Part shown: positions 9,442-18,627 of the stretch, one piece after another
Layout of the letters: each line of letters starts with the position of its first letter
How positions within the stretch are numbered: position 1 is the first letter of the stretch
Source: a virus
Taxonomy: Duplodnaviria; Heunggongvirae; Uroviricota; Caudoviricetes
IMG/VR virus record: IMGVR_UViG_3300042401_001499
Strand: one strand, 5' to 3'
Length of the DNA: 64,000 nucleotides
Notes under the pieces: model-generated
Seen by the model: the letters and a program-made list of their open reading frames with translations, nothing else
Told to the model about the DNA's origin: nothing
The model's database searches: none
Translations under genes and position numbers: made by a program

Positions 9442-9714
9442 ATGGAAACTAAAAAGTTATCACAAGAGGAATTGAAACAAATTCAAGACATTCAAAACAA
9501 AAGTCAAGCTATTACAGTAGAGTTTGGGCAAATTGAATTATTAAAAATTCAATTAAAATCAAGAAGAGCTAACGCAGAAGAATTCTTGAAAGAATTAGGA
9601 CAAGAAGAAAAAACATTAGCTGAAGCATTAGAAGCTGCTTACGGAAAAGGGTCTATCAATCTAGAAAAAGGAGAATTTACTCCTTACGAAGAAGAAGCTG
9701 AAGTAGTAGAGTAA
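9442..9714 (+). CDS. Small coiled-coil protein (paralog of 6410-6673)
   Basis: KLSQEEL...FGQIELLKIQL...YGKGSINLEKGEF. Confidence 0.6.
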   Translation: METKKLSQEELKQIQDIQNKSQAITVEFGQIELLKIQLKSRRANAEEFLKELGQEEKTLAEALEAAYGKGSINLEKGEFTPYEEEAEVVE

Positions 9715-9738
9715 TTTCTACTAAAAGTAAAAAGAATA

Positions 9739-9763
9739 AAAGGAGGGTTTTGACTCTCCTTTC
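9739..9763 (+). terminator. Intrinsic terminator-like hairpin
   Basis: aaaggagg-gttttga-ctctccttt hairpin after stop of 9442-9714. Confidence 0.6.
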
Positions 9764-9856
9764 CTATTTATTATGGAATACAGAACCTAGCACTATAGGG
9801 TGGTTTCCCAAAACCAGATGATATTTATAATAAATTAAAAAACAAATTTATAAAAC

Positions 9857-11983
9857 ATGGCAGAATCAATTATCTCTCCAGGAGTATATACAAGAGAAAA
9901 CGACACCTCTTATATCACACCAGCACCAATTCAGGCAGGAGCAGCATTTGTTGGACCAACAGTTAAAGGGCCGGACAATCAGCCTCTTATTGTTACATCA
10001 TATAGTGACTACGTAAGAAAGTTTGGTGAAACCTTTTTATCAGCTTCTAACAGACAGTATGAATTCCTTACTTCTGTAGCAGTAAAAAACTATTTTCAAA
10101 ATGGTGGACAAACAGCTATAGTAACTAGAATTGTATCAGGAACTTATGACGGAGCAACTAGTACAAATATCCAAAGTGGAATTCTTGCAACAACAGCTTC
10201 ACTTACAATTAGTAGTGCAAGTTTAGCACCATTTATTACACCAACAGGATCTTTCTCAATTAATGGAATTAACATTGCAGTAACAGGAAGCACTCCTCCA
10301 GCAAATACACCAACAACTCTTTTTGTAGCTTCAGGATCAACACCAGCAGATTCAATAACAGCAATTGTAACAGCTTTTAATTTTAGCTCATCAGTAGCAC
10401 TATACAGTGCATCACTTGGGAATATTAAAGCAGCAGCATCTGGAACTACAGGATTGCTTTTCAATACGACTGCTTCTTTAGTAGGAACTAACACTTTATC
10501 AAGTACACTAAACGGATATACAAGTGTAGTTGGGGCTACTACTACAAACTTCAGTGGAGCAACAGGAACAACTACTATAGCAATAAAAACTTTAGGAAAA
10601 GGAATTCTTTACAATAACTCTACATCAGCTACAGACTCAGGAGCACTAAACTCAGACGGATCTTTAGTATCAGGATCAGCAGATAACGTAAGATGGGAAA
10701 TTGCAAATGTAAATAATGCATTAGGAACATTCTCAATACTAGTAAGACAGGGAAATGATAGTACAAATAACAAAACTATACTAGAGACATTTAATGTAAA
10801 CCTTGATCCAAACTCAGATAATTATATTGAGAAAGTAATTGGTAACCAACATATTGAAGTAGGTACAGATGGTTCAACATCTTATAACTACCCAGTAGGT
10901 GAGTATCCAAATGCTTCTAACTATATTAGAGTATCAGCAGTTAATTTACCAACTAACTACTACCTAGCAAATGACGGTATCACAGTTAATACAGATGCTA
11001 ACGGTATTACTTTTGCAGCATCTTTACCGCAAGTAAACTCAGGATCATTTCAAGGAGCACTAGGAGCAGTAAAAGCAGGAGCTAAATTCTTTGGAGATAT
11101 TACAAATGGATCTACAGATGCACAAGGATTAGTAGCAGCAAACTATACAGTAGCTCTATCATTACTTGCAAATAAAGATGAATATCAATTCAACATAGTA
11201 TCAACACCGGGTTTAATCTACAAAAATAGTGCTTTCACTTCAACAGTAAACGCATTTATTGCTTTAGCAGAAAATAGAGGAGATTGTATTGCAGTAGTAG
11301 ACTTAGTAGAACAGGGAGAGGTAGTAGCTAACGTAACAACAGAAGCAGCTTCATTGAATAGTTCATATGCAGCAACTTACTGGCCTTGGTTACAAATCAA
11401 ATCTGCTACAGGTAGAAACGAATGGACTCCAGCAGGAACAGTAATTCCAGGAGTATATGCATTCACAGATGCTTCATCAGCACCATGGTTTGCACCAGCA
11501 GGATTAGTAAGAGGAGGAATCGGAGGAGTAATTCAAGCAGAAAGAAAATTAACTAAAGGTGATAGAGATACTCTTTACTCAGCTAAAGTTAATCCAATTG
11601 CTACATTCCCAGGATCAGGTATATCAGTATTCGGACAAAAAACATTACAAACTAAAGCATCAGCATTAGATAGAGTTAACGTAAGACGTTTACTTATAGA
11701 ACTTAAGAAGTTCATTGGTGACCAAGCAAGAAACTTAGTATTTGAACAAAATACTATAGCAACTAGAAATAAGTTCTTAGCGACGGTTAATCCATATCTT
11801 GAATCAGTAGTACAAAGACAAGGTCTTTATGCATACAGAGTTGTAATGGACGATACTAACAACACAGCAGATGTAGTTGATAGAAATCAATTAATAGGAC
11901 AGATATTTATCCAACCAGCTAAAACAATTGAATTTGTTGTATTAGATTTCACAATCGAACCAACAGGAGCAACGTTCGGATAA
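9857..11983 (+). CDS. Tail sheath protein
   Basis: SPGVYTREND start; AFVGPTVKGP; WFAPAGLVRGG; NPIATFPGSG..VFGQKTL; RVNVRRLLI; FEQN; IQPAKTIEFVVLDF. Confidence 0.95.
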   Translation: MAESIISPGVYTRENDTSYITPAPIQAGAAFVGPTVKGPDNQPLIVTSYSDYVRKFGETFLSASNRQYEFLTSVAVKNYFQNGGQTAIVTRIVSGTYDGATSTNIQSGILATTASLTISSASLAPFITPTGSFSINGINIAVTGSTPPANTPTTLFVASGSTPADSITAIVTAFNFSSSVALYSASLGNIKAAASGTTGLLFNTTASLVGTNTLSSTLNGYTSVVGATTTNFSGATGTTTIAIKTLGKGILYNNSTSATDSGALNSDGSLVSGSADNVRWEIANVNNALGTFSILVRQGNDSTNNKTILETFNVNLDPNSDNYIEKVIGNQHIEVGTDGSTSYNYPVGEYPNASNYIRVSAVNLPTNYYLANDGITVNTDANGITFAASLPQVNSGSFQGALGAVKAGAKFFGDITNGSTDAQGLVAANYTVALSLLANKDEYQFNIVSTPGLIYKNSAFTSTVNAFIALAENRGDCIAVVDLVEQGEVVANVTTEAASLNSSYAATYWPWLQIKSATGRNEWTPAGTVIPGVYAFTDASSAPWFAPAGLVRGGIGGVIQAERKLTKGDRDTLYSAKVNPIATFPGSGISVFGQKTLQTKASALDRVNVRRLLIELKKFIGDQARNLVFEQNTIATRNKFLATVNPYLESVVQRQGLYAYRVVMDDTNNTADVVDRNQLIGQIFIQPAKTIEFVVLDFTIEPTGATFG

Positions 11984-12027
11984 TATTTAGAAAAACAGAT
12001 ATTTATAATTAAATAAGTAAAAATAAA

Positions 12028-12516
12028 ATGGCAGTATTAGATCCGAATGAAATAATGTTCAGAGCCTTCGAACCAATGGTTCAACACAGGTTCGTAATGT
12101 ATATAGACAATATCCCAGCCTTCATGATTAAAAACGTGAAAGCTCCTAACTTCACAGATTCAGAGATCAAACTTGATCACATTAACTCTTACAGAAAAAT
12201 AAGAGGAAAAAGAAACTGGGAGAATATGGATATGACTTTATACTCACCAATCACACCTTCAGGTGCTCAAGCAGTAATGGAATGGGCTCGTCTAGGATAC
12301 GAATCAGTAACAGGTAGAGCTGGATATTCAGATTTCTATAAGAAAGATTTAACTCTTAATATTCTAGGACCTGTAGGAGATATCGTAGGGGAATGGATTA
12401 TCAAAGGAGCTTTCTTAACAAAAGGAGATTTTGGACAATTTGACTGGACTTCTGCTGACGGAGTAGTAGAGATAGGAATCTCAATAGCAATGGATTATTG
12501 TGTATTGAATTACTAA
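12028..12516 (+). CDS. Tail tube protein (T4 gp19-like)
   Basis: Follows sheath; FEPMVQHRF, KIRGKRNW, YKKDLTLNILGPVGDIVGEWIIKGAF. Confidence 0.9.
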   Translation: MAVLDPNEIMFRAFEPMVQHRFVMYIDNIPAFMIKNVKAPNFTDSEIKLDHINSYRKIRGKRNWENMDMTLYSPITPSGAQAVMEWARLGYESVTGRAGYSDFYKKDLTLNILGPVGDIVGEWIIKGAFLTKGDFGQFDWTSADGVVEIGISIAMDYCVLNY

Positions 12517-12537
12517 TAAAATTCAAATAAAAATTAA

Positions 12538-12562
12538 CAAGCCTGGCAATCGTCAGGCTTTG
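12538..12562 (+). terminator. Intrinsic terminator-like hairpin
   Basis: caagcctg-gcaatcgt-caggcttt followed by T-rich run. Confidence 0.65.
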
Positions 12563-12625
12563 TTGTTTTAAAAAAGTTTTATTCATATATTTATATATAG
12601 AAAAAGTTACTAACAAATAAAATTT

Positions 12626-13375
12626 ATGGAAAACAAATTTAACCTACCAACCGAAACGGTAGACCTTCCTTCAAAAGGACTTCTTTATCCAAAAGATTCC
12701 CCACTAGCAGAAGGTAAAATTGAAATGAAATATATGACCGCTAAGGAAGAAGATATTTTAACAAATTCAAATTACATTAGACAAGGAGTAGTTATTGATA
12801 AATTACTACAATCACTAATCATCTCACCAATCAACTACTCAGACCTGCTTATAGGGGATAAGGATGCAGTTATGATGGCTGCACGTATTTTAGGGTACGG
12901 AAAAGATTATGACTTTCAATACGCAGGAGAAAAAGTAACAGTAGATTTATCTACATTACAGCTTAAAGAATTAGACGAAAGTATAATAAAAGAAAAAGGT
13001 AAGAATGAGTTTGAATATAAACTTCCAAATACAGATAATAATATCACCTTCAGGCTATTAACACAAAAAGACGATAGAGATATTGATGCTGAATTAGAGG
13101 GATTAAAAAAACTAAACAAGAACGCTAATAACGAATTGACAACACGTCTAAAGTATATGATATTGTCAATCAACGGAAACTACGAAAGAGGTACAGTGAG
13201 ACAGTTTGTAGATACAGCCTTCTTAGCTAGAGACTCTAGAGCATTCAGAGAATACTATGCTCAGATATCCCCAGGAGTAGAAACAAAAATTAAATTTGAA
13301 ACAGAGTTTGGTGAAGAGGAGGACATCAACATTCAATTTAATTCTAACTTTTTTTGGCCTGAGTCCGGAAACTAG
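12626..13375 (+). CDS. Tail assembly chaperone / baseplate hub assembly protein (T4 gp26-like)
   Basis: VDLPSKGLLY...IEMKYMTAKEEDILT; between tube and tape measure. Confidence 0.75.
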   Translation: MENKFNLPTETVDLPSKGLLYPKDSPLAEGKIEMKYMTAKEEDILTNSNYIRQGVVIDKLLQSLIISPINYSDLLIGDKDAVMMAARILGYGKDYDFQYAGEKVTVDLSTLQLKELDESIIKEKGKNEFEYKLPNTDNNITFRLLTQKDDRDIDAELEGLKKLNKNANNELTTRLKYMILSINGNYERGTVRQFVDTAFLARDSRAFREYYAQISPGVETKIKFETEFGEEEDINIQFNSNFFWPESGN

Positions 13376-13628
13376 AGGAAACATTTTTAGGCAAATACAT
13401 GAAATAGTCTTTCATGGACAAGGAGGTTATGATTGGGAGGCAGTTTACAATATGCCAGTATGGTTAAGGAGATTTACCTTCAGCACACTGCAAGAACATT
13501 ACGATAAGTTAAATGCAGAAAATGATGATGAACTTAAACCAGTTAAAAACGGCAATAAAGTAGCACCACCAGATATTGTTCAAAAAGCAATGACACCAAC
13601 ATACAGTACGAAGGCATCTAATAAATGA
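13350..13628 (+). CDS. Probable frameshift extension of the tail chaperone (G-T type product)
   Basis: +1 frame opens across the T7 run at 13349-13355 and reads FFGLSPETRGNIFRQIHEIVFHGQGGYDWEAVYNMPVWLR. Confidence 0.65.
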   Translation, partial: FFGLSPETRGNIFRQIHEIVFHGQGGYDWEAVYNMPVWLRRFTFSTLQEHYDKLNAENDDELKPVKNGNKVAPPDIVQKAMTPTYSTKASNK

Positions 13629-13636
13629 TGCCTTTT
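13610..13636 (+). terminator. Intrinsic terminator-like hairpin
   Basis: gaaggcatc-taataaat-gatgcctttt. Confidence 0.6.
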
Positions 13637-13661
13637 GCTATTTATATGTATATAAAACACT

Positions 13662-16352
13662 ATGGCAAATCAAGGACCGCAAAAGACTTTTGACGACTAT
13701 GCAAAGGCAATAGAAGCCTTAAACAAAAAAATTATAAGTTTAGATGGAAATGGATTCCCAAATCTAACTAACGAGCTAAAGGGAATGCAAGGCGACACCG
13801 CTAGAGCTACGAAGCTATTTGAACTAATGTCTAGGGAGGCTCATGATTTAGAAGATGTCTTTGGAGCAATATCCACTACAATAAAAAACGTAGTAGCAGA
13901 TTTAGATAAGTCAACAAAGGCAACTACTCTTTTTAAAAGAGGGTTAAATAGCGTAGAGGGGATAGCTAGGAAATTAGCAGATCATAAAAATGATGAGAAC
14001 GTACTTACTGTAAAGCAGTTAGGTAATCTGAATAAGCAGTTAGGTTTAGAAATACAAAGCTTAGACAAAGCTCGAGAAAGAGCATCTGAAGAACAGAAAG
14101 CACTGCAGACAAAGATAAGGTACGGTAAAGCTTCCGCAGCAGAGATAAGATACTCTGAAGAACTATCCAACTACACCAAAGAAATAAACTCAGCTTTAAA
14201 TCTAAAGAATAGTTACCTTGATAAAATTGTAAAGCATTCTGAAAGAGAAATCCAAATTGAAAGAGATATTCAAAAGACAATTGGACTTACTGGAATGGCT
14301 TTTAAAGGAATTGCAGGAACACTTCAAAAAATAGGAGTAGAGTCTCAAGCTATAGAAGATCTTAATAAAAAAATTCGAGATACAGCAAAAGAAACTGGAA
14401 GTGCTTGGAAGACAGCAGGAACAGCAATTAAAGGGACTTTTCAAATGGTAGGAGAAAGTTTAAGAGATCCTGCTGTTCAAATCGCCTTTGTAACAAAGTA
14501 TTTTAAGACTCTATATGAAATAGGTTCACAGTTTAGTGCAAGAACTTTTGAAATACAAAAATCATTAGGACTTTCTACTTCTGCAGCAAAAGCTATGAAC
14601 CAGGAGTTCTACAACATGCAGCAAAGTACAAATAACATATATGCAAACTACAAAGACCTAGCAGCTGCAAATGCAAACCTAAATGAATCTTTAGGAACAT
14701 CAGTAACTTTTTCTGCAGATATGCTTACAACACAGGCTAAGTTGATGGAGGTAACAGGATTAACCTCTGAAGAGTCTGCTAAAATTTACGAATACTCACT
14801 TCTTACTGGGCAATCTCAAGAACAGGTCTATAACTCAATGGGTAAGACAAATAAAGGAGTCCTTAGTAATAAGAAAGTAATGCAAGAAGTCCTAAAAACA
14901 AGTGGACAATTAGCAGCACAATATAAAAACAACCCAGAATTACTTGGAAAAGCAGTTGTACAGGTACAGAAGTTAGGAATTAGCCTACAGCAAGCTAAGA
15001 ATATGTCTAGCGGGTTACTAAACTTTGAAGATTCAATCTCTTCAGAATTAGAAGCAGAATTACTAACAGGACAAGAACTTAACTTAGAAAAGGCAAGAGC
15101 ACTAGCTCTTCAAGGAAAGACAGCAGAAGCAGCATCAGAAATGCTAAGACAAACAGGAGGTTTAGCTAAGTTCCAAAGCATGAATGTTCTCCAGCAGGAT
15201 GCATTAGCTAAATCTATGGGAATGTCTACAGATGAATTAGCAGATTCATTAGTAAAAGCAGAACAGTTAAATAAACTAGACGGTGTTCAAAAAAGAGCAT
15301 TAGATGAAAGAGTAAGTGCACTGAAGAAAGCAGGAGAATTTGAAAAAGCATCTCAATTAGAAAAACTAGTACTACAGGATAAGACCGTTACACTAGCGGA
15401 ACAAGAATTAGACACCCAGAGTAAAATTGACAAATCAGTAAGCTCTATTAAAGAATCTTTAAAATCAGCAATTGCAGGACCTCTCGCTAGTGTAACAGAT
15501 AAACTGGCAAGTGTATTAGCAGCAATGGCAGCCAATCCTGTAATAAAAGCAATGCTAGGAGTAGCAGGAGGAGCAGCAGCTATTTTAGCAGGGGTTATGG
15601 CAGGAGCAATGGCTATAAGTGCTGCAAAGAGTATGTTATTTGGAAGTAGAGGTTCAAGCGTAGGTAGACCAATGTTTACCAAAGACGTAAGCGGTGGCGG
15701 TGGAGCTGCATCTACAATAGGGGATGTATCTGAATCTTTAGGAGGAGGAAAAAGTGCAGGAATGGGAAAACAACTTAAAACTTTAGTTAAAAATCCAAAA
15801 GCAATGGGAAGAGCTCTAAGACGTTCCGGCGGAGGAAGCATGATGAAGGGATTAGGAAAAGGTTTACTAAAGGGTGGTCTAAAGAGTATTCCAATGTTAG
15901 GTGCACTAATAGGAGGAGGAATGGAAATAGCCGAAGGAGGCTTTAATGTAGAATCACTAAGTAGAGCAGCACTATCAGGAGGTGGAGCTTTCCTTGGCGG
16001 ACTAGCAGGTTCAGCAGTAGCACCAGGAGTAGGTACAGTCGCAGGCGGAATTGGAGGAAGCATGGCTGGAGACTGGTTAGGAGATAAAATCTTTGGAGAA
16101 AGAGGAGAGAAACCAGAAGAGATGCAAGACTTTATACTACGTCCAGGACAAAAACCTCTTAAATTTAGAAAAGACGATGTAATAATGGGTGGAACTAGTC
16201 TAACAGGAAACGCAACTGGCGGTACTGGAGGAGGAAATGTAGAAGCTTTATTAAGAGAGTTGATAGCAGCAGTTAAAGAAGGAGGTAATATAAGCATAGG
16301 GGCAAATAAACTAAATGAAGCTATAGGTATCAACCTACATCCAATGAGATAA
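13662..16352 (+). CDS. Tape measure protein
   Basis: Long helical Ala/Lys/Gln-rich ORF after chaperone; LLNFEDSISSELEAELLTGQELNLEKAR; Gly-rich hydrophobic C-terminal segments. Confidence 0.9.
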   Translation: MANQGPQKTFDDYAKAIEALNKKIISLDGNGFPNLTNELKGMQGDTARATKLFELMSREAHDLEDVFGAISTTIKNVVADLDKSTKATTLFKRGLNSVEGIARKLADHKNDENVLTVKQLGNLNKQLGLEIQSLDKARERASEEQKALQTKIRYGKASAAEIRYSEELSNYTKEINSALNLKNSYLDKIVKHSEREIQIERDIQKTIGLTGMAFKGIAGTLQKIGVESQAIEDLNKKIRDTAKETGSAWKTAGTAIKGTFQMVGESLRDPAVQIAFVTKYFKTLYEIGSQFSARTFEIQKSLGLSTSAAKAMNQEFYNMQQSTNNIYANYKDLAAANANLNESLGTSVTFSADMLTTQAKLMEVTGLTSEESAKIYEYSLLTGQSQEQVYNSMGKTNKGVLSNKKVMQEVLKTSGQLAAQYKNNPELLGKAVVQVQKLGISLQQAKNMSSGLLNFEDSISSELEAELLTGQELNLEKARALALQGKTAEAASEMLRQTGGLAKFQSMNVLQQDALAKSMGMSTDELADSLVKAEQLNKLDGVQKRALDERVSALKKAGEFEKASQLEKLVLQDKTVTLAEQELDTQSKIDKSVSSIKESLKSAIAGPLASVTDKLASVLAAMAANPVIKAMLGVAGGAAAILAGVMAGAMAISAAKSMLFGSRGSSVGRPMFTKDVSGGGGAASTIGDVSESLGGGKSAGMGKQLKTLVKNPKAMGRALRRSGGGSMMKGLGKGLLKGGLKSIPMLGALIGGGMEIAEGGFNVESLSRAALSGGGAFLGGLAGSAVAPGVGTVAGGIGGSMAGDWLGDKIFGERGEKPEEMQDFILRPGQKPLKFRKDDVIMGGTSLTGNATGGTGGGNVEALLRELIAAVKEGGNISIGANKLNEAIGINLHPMR

Positions 16353-16395
16353 TAAAATAAACAAACTATTTATAATAAAATAAAAAACAATTAAT

Positions 16396-16620
16396 ATGGG
16401 ACTATTAGATTTACTACCAACATCTAACTTAGGGTTAGACGGAGCAACACCAACACGTATACCAAGTGCTAATCCAGCATCAACCCTACACTATCAATCA
16501 TCAATTACCGATGTACCAAACATCGATCAAAGCCCTTCTGCATTAGACATAAACGGTATCAAACCAACTATCTCTCCTACAGGACAACAACTTCCATATT
16601 TGGATCATTTACCTAGATAA
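16396..16620 (+). CDS. Small late/virion hypothetical protein
   Basis: ORF in tail module preceded by TATTTAT motif. Confidence 0.55.
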   Translation: MGLLDLLPTSNLGLDGATPTRIPSANPASTLHYQSSITDVPNIDQSPSALDINGIKPTISPTGQQLPYLDHLPR

Positions 16621-16628
16621 GAAGCTAA

Positions 16629-18317
16629 ATGGCAAGCGGACTAATTACAAAGAACACAGACCTTAAAAGTCTGAAGTATGGCTCTATGCCTCTTGGAAGT
16701 GATAAACCTTATGTTACTAAAAACATAGGAGATGCACCAAGTAGCCAAATAGGGTCAGAAATTTCACATCGCATTGACGATGTTTCCCGTATTGCCCAAA
16801 TGCTTGTAAATAAGCCGGGAATAAAATACCTACTAAACGAAGCATTACTACAGCAAGTAAACGTAGGTCAAAGAATTAAAAAAGCACAACAGGGAGGAAA
16901 ATCTTTAGTTGGAGCAGTTTTACAGCAAGCTGGAAGCACACTTCTTACAACAGTAAAAATTGCAGGATCAACTCTAGCACAAGTTCCTGTAAATGGAACA
17001 GGTACACATTTCTTAAAAGGATTTAGAACCGACACATATTTACGACCAGGTGCAAATGAAAAAATACCAGGAGCATTTGCTTCATTTTTTGGAGCAGGTG
17101 GAGTAGAAGGAGCACAGTATGCCCTAAGAGGAGAAACTGTACCAACTAATGTACAGACACAGTTCTATAAAGAAGGAAGTACTGTTAATAACGGAGACAT
17201 TAAGAACCCTACAACAGGTAAACCTTCAACCCTTTCTTATGATGCAAAAGTATTTACAGAAGATTACGGAACAGTAAATACTAACATAGTAGATAACACA
17301 CCGCTACCAGAAGGAGATGCAAACAGACTAGCTGCATATAATGCAACAGCAGGGCAGGTAATAACAGTTACCCCATCAGGTAGTGCGTTAAGGCAGACCA
17401 CAGCCAGCCCAGGAAACTTAGGTATATCAAACTTAACAGCTACAGGTAGTTATGGTCCAGATACTCTTAAGATATTTCAACCAACAACCTCAAAATACTC
17501 AGGACCAGAAACCGGTTCATATCTTGAGCAAGAAAAGAAATTTGGAACTTTAAACAGAAATGTAACAAAAGAATTTAGAATAAAATTAGGAGATCAAGGA
17601 GATGCGCTTGATGATAAAAAAGCAGCAAGAAGGAAAAACGAGTACTGGTTCATATCAGATGTAGATAAACGTAATCCAAGCGGATCTTTAGCGATTGATC
17701 AGATGAATCTAATAGGTGTGAAGGATGCAAAAGTAGATGGAAACACAGCTGGTAGAGATCTAATTAAATTTAGATTTCATATTCTTACAGCAGATGGAGA
17801 AGAAAAAATATTATACTTCAGAGCCTTCCTAGACTCGTTCGCAGATAACTACTCAGGACAATGGAACCCAGTAAAGTATTTAGGTAGAGCAGAAGATTTT
17901 CAAATCTATGGTGGCTTTCAAAGAAAAATTTCACTATCTTTTAAAATAGCAGCAGCTACTAGGTCAGAGATGAAACCATTGTATCAGAAAATGATTTGGC
18001 TAGCCTCAGCAACTGCTCCAACATATGCAAATGAAGGACAGTTTATGAGAGGAACTATTACAAAAATAACAGTAGGAGATTATATTTATGAACTGCCCGG
18101 AGTCTTAAATAGTGTAAATTATACTTGGAATACAGAATATCCTTGGGAAATAGCAATGCTAGAGCCAGAAGGAGTACAAGGAGATGCAGAAATGCAGGAA
18201 TTGCCAATGATAATGGATTGTAGTATAGACTTTACCCCAATTCATACATTTACACCTGAGACAGGACTTAAGAAATTCTTCACAGCAGGAACAAGGTCGG
18301 AAAATACATACATATAG
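16629..18317 (+). CDS. Baseplate / tail-tube initiator-like protein
   Basis: C-terminal LYFRAFLDSFADNY...YLGRAE..IYGGFQRKISLSF..ITVGDY..PGVLNSV pattern of contractile-tail tube-initiator proteins. Confidence 0.6.
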   Translation: MASGLITKNTDLKSLKYGSMPLGSDKPYVTKNIGDAPSSQIGSEISHRIDDVSRIAQMLVNKPGIKYLLNEALLQQVNVGQRIKKAQQGGKSLVGAVLQQAGSTLLTTVKIAGSTLAQVPVNGTGTHFLKGFRTDTYLRPGANEKIPGAFASFFGAGGVEGAQYALRGETVPTNVQTQFYKEGSTVNNGDIKNPTTGKPSTLSYDAKVFTEDYGTVNTNIVDNTPLPEGDANRLAAYNATAGQVITVTPSGSALRQTTASPGNLGISNLTATGSYGPDTLKIFQPTTSKYSGPETGSYLEQEKKFGTLNRNVTKEFRIKLGDQGDALDDKKAARRKNEYWFISDVDKRNPSGSLAIDQMNLIGVKDAKVDGNTAGRDLIKFRFHILTADGEEKILYFRAFLDSFADNYSGQWNPVKYLGRAEDFQIYGGFQRKISLSFKIAAATRSEMKPLYQKMIWLASATAPTYANEGQFMRGTITKITVGDYIYELPGVLNSVNYTWNTEYPWEIAMLEPEGVQGDAEMQELPMIMDCSIDFTPIHTFTPETGLKKFFTAGTRSENTYI

Positions 18318-18326
18318 GGTAGGTTT

Positions 18327-18623
18327 ATGAAAAGATACGAGAACATAAAAGTAGTACAATCACCAGAAGGAAAGCAGTATAGAACAACAACAATCTATCC
18401 AGAAACTCCTATAAGTGAAAATGACTATTATATTATTACAACTGCAGGAGATCGTTATGATAATCTAGCAGATCAATTCTACAGTGATCATACACTTTGG
18501 TGGGTAATAGCATCAGCAAATAATTCAGAAAGAGCTTCTTTAATTGTAGAACCAGGAATTCAACTTAGAATACCAGGAAATATAGATACAATCATAAACA
18601 ATTACAATAAGGTAAATAAGTAA
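18327..18623 (+). CDS. LysM-like baseplate wedge protein
   Basis: GDRYDNLADQFYSDHTLWWVIASAN...PGIQLRIP. Confidence 0.75.
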   Translation: MKRYENIKVVQSPEGKQYRTTTIYPETPISENDYYIITTAGDRYDNLADQFYSDHTLWWVIASANNSERASLIVEPGIQLRIPGNIDTIINNYNKVNK

Positions 18624-18627
18624 AAAA

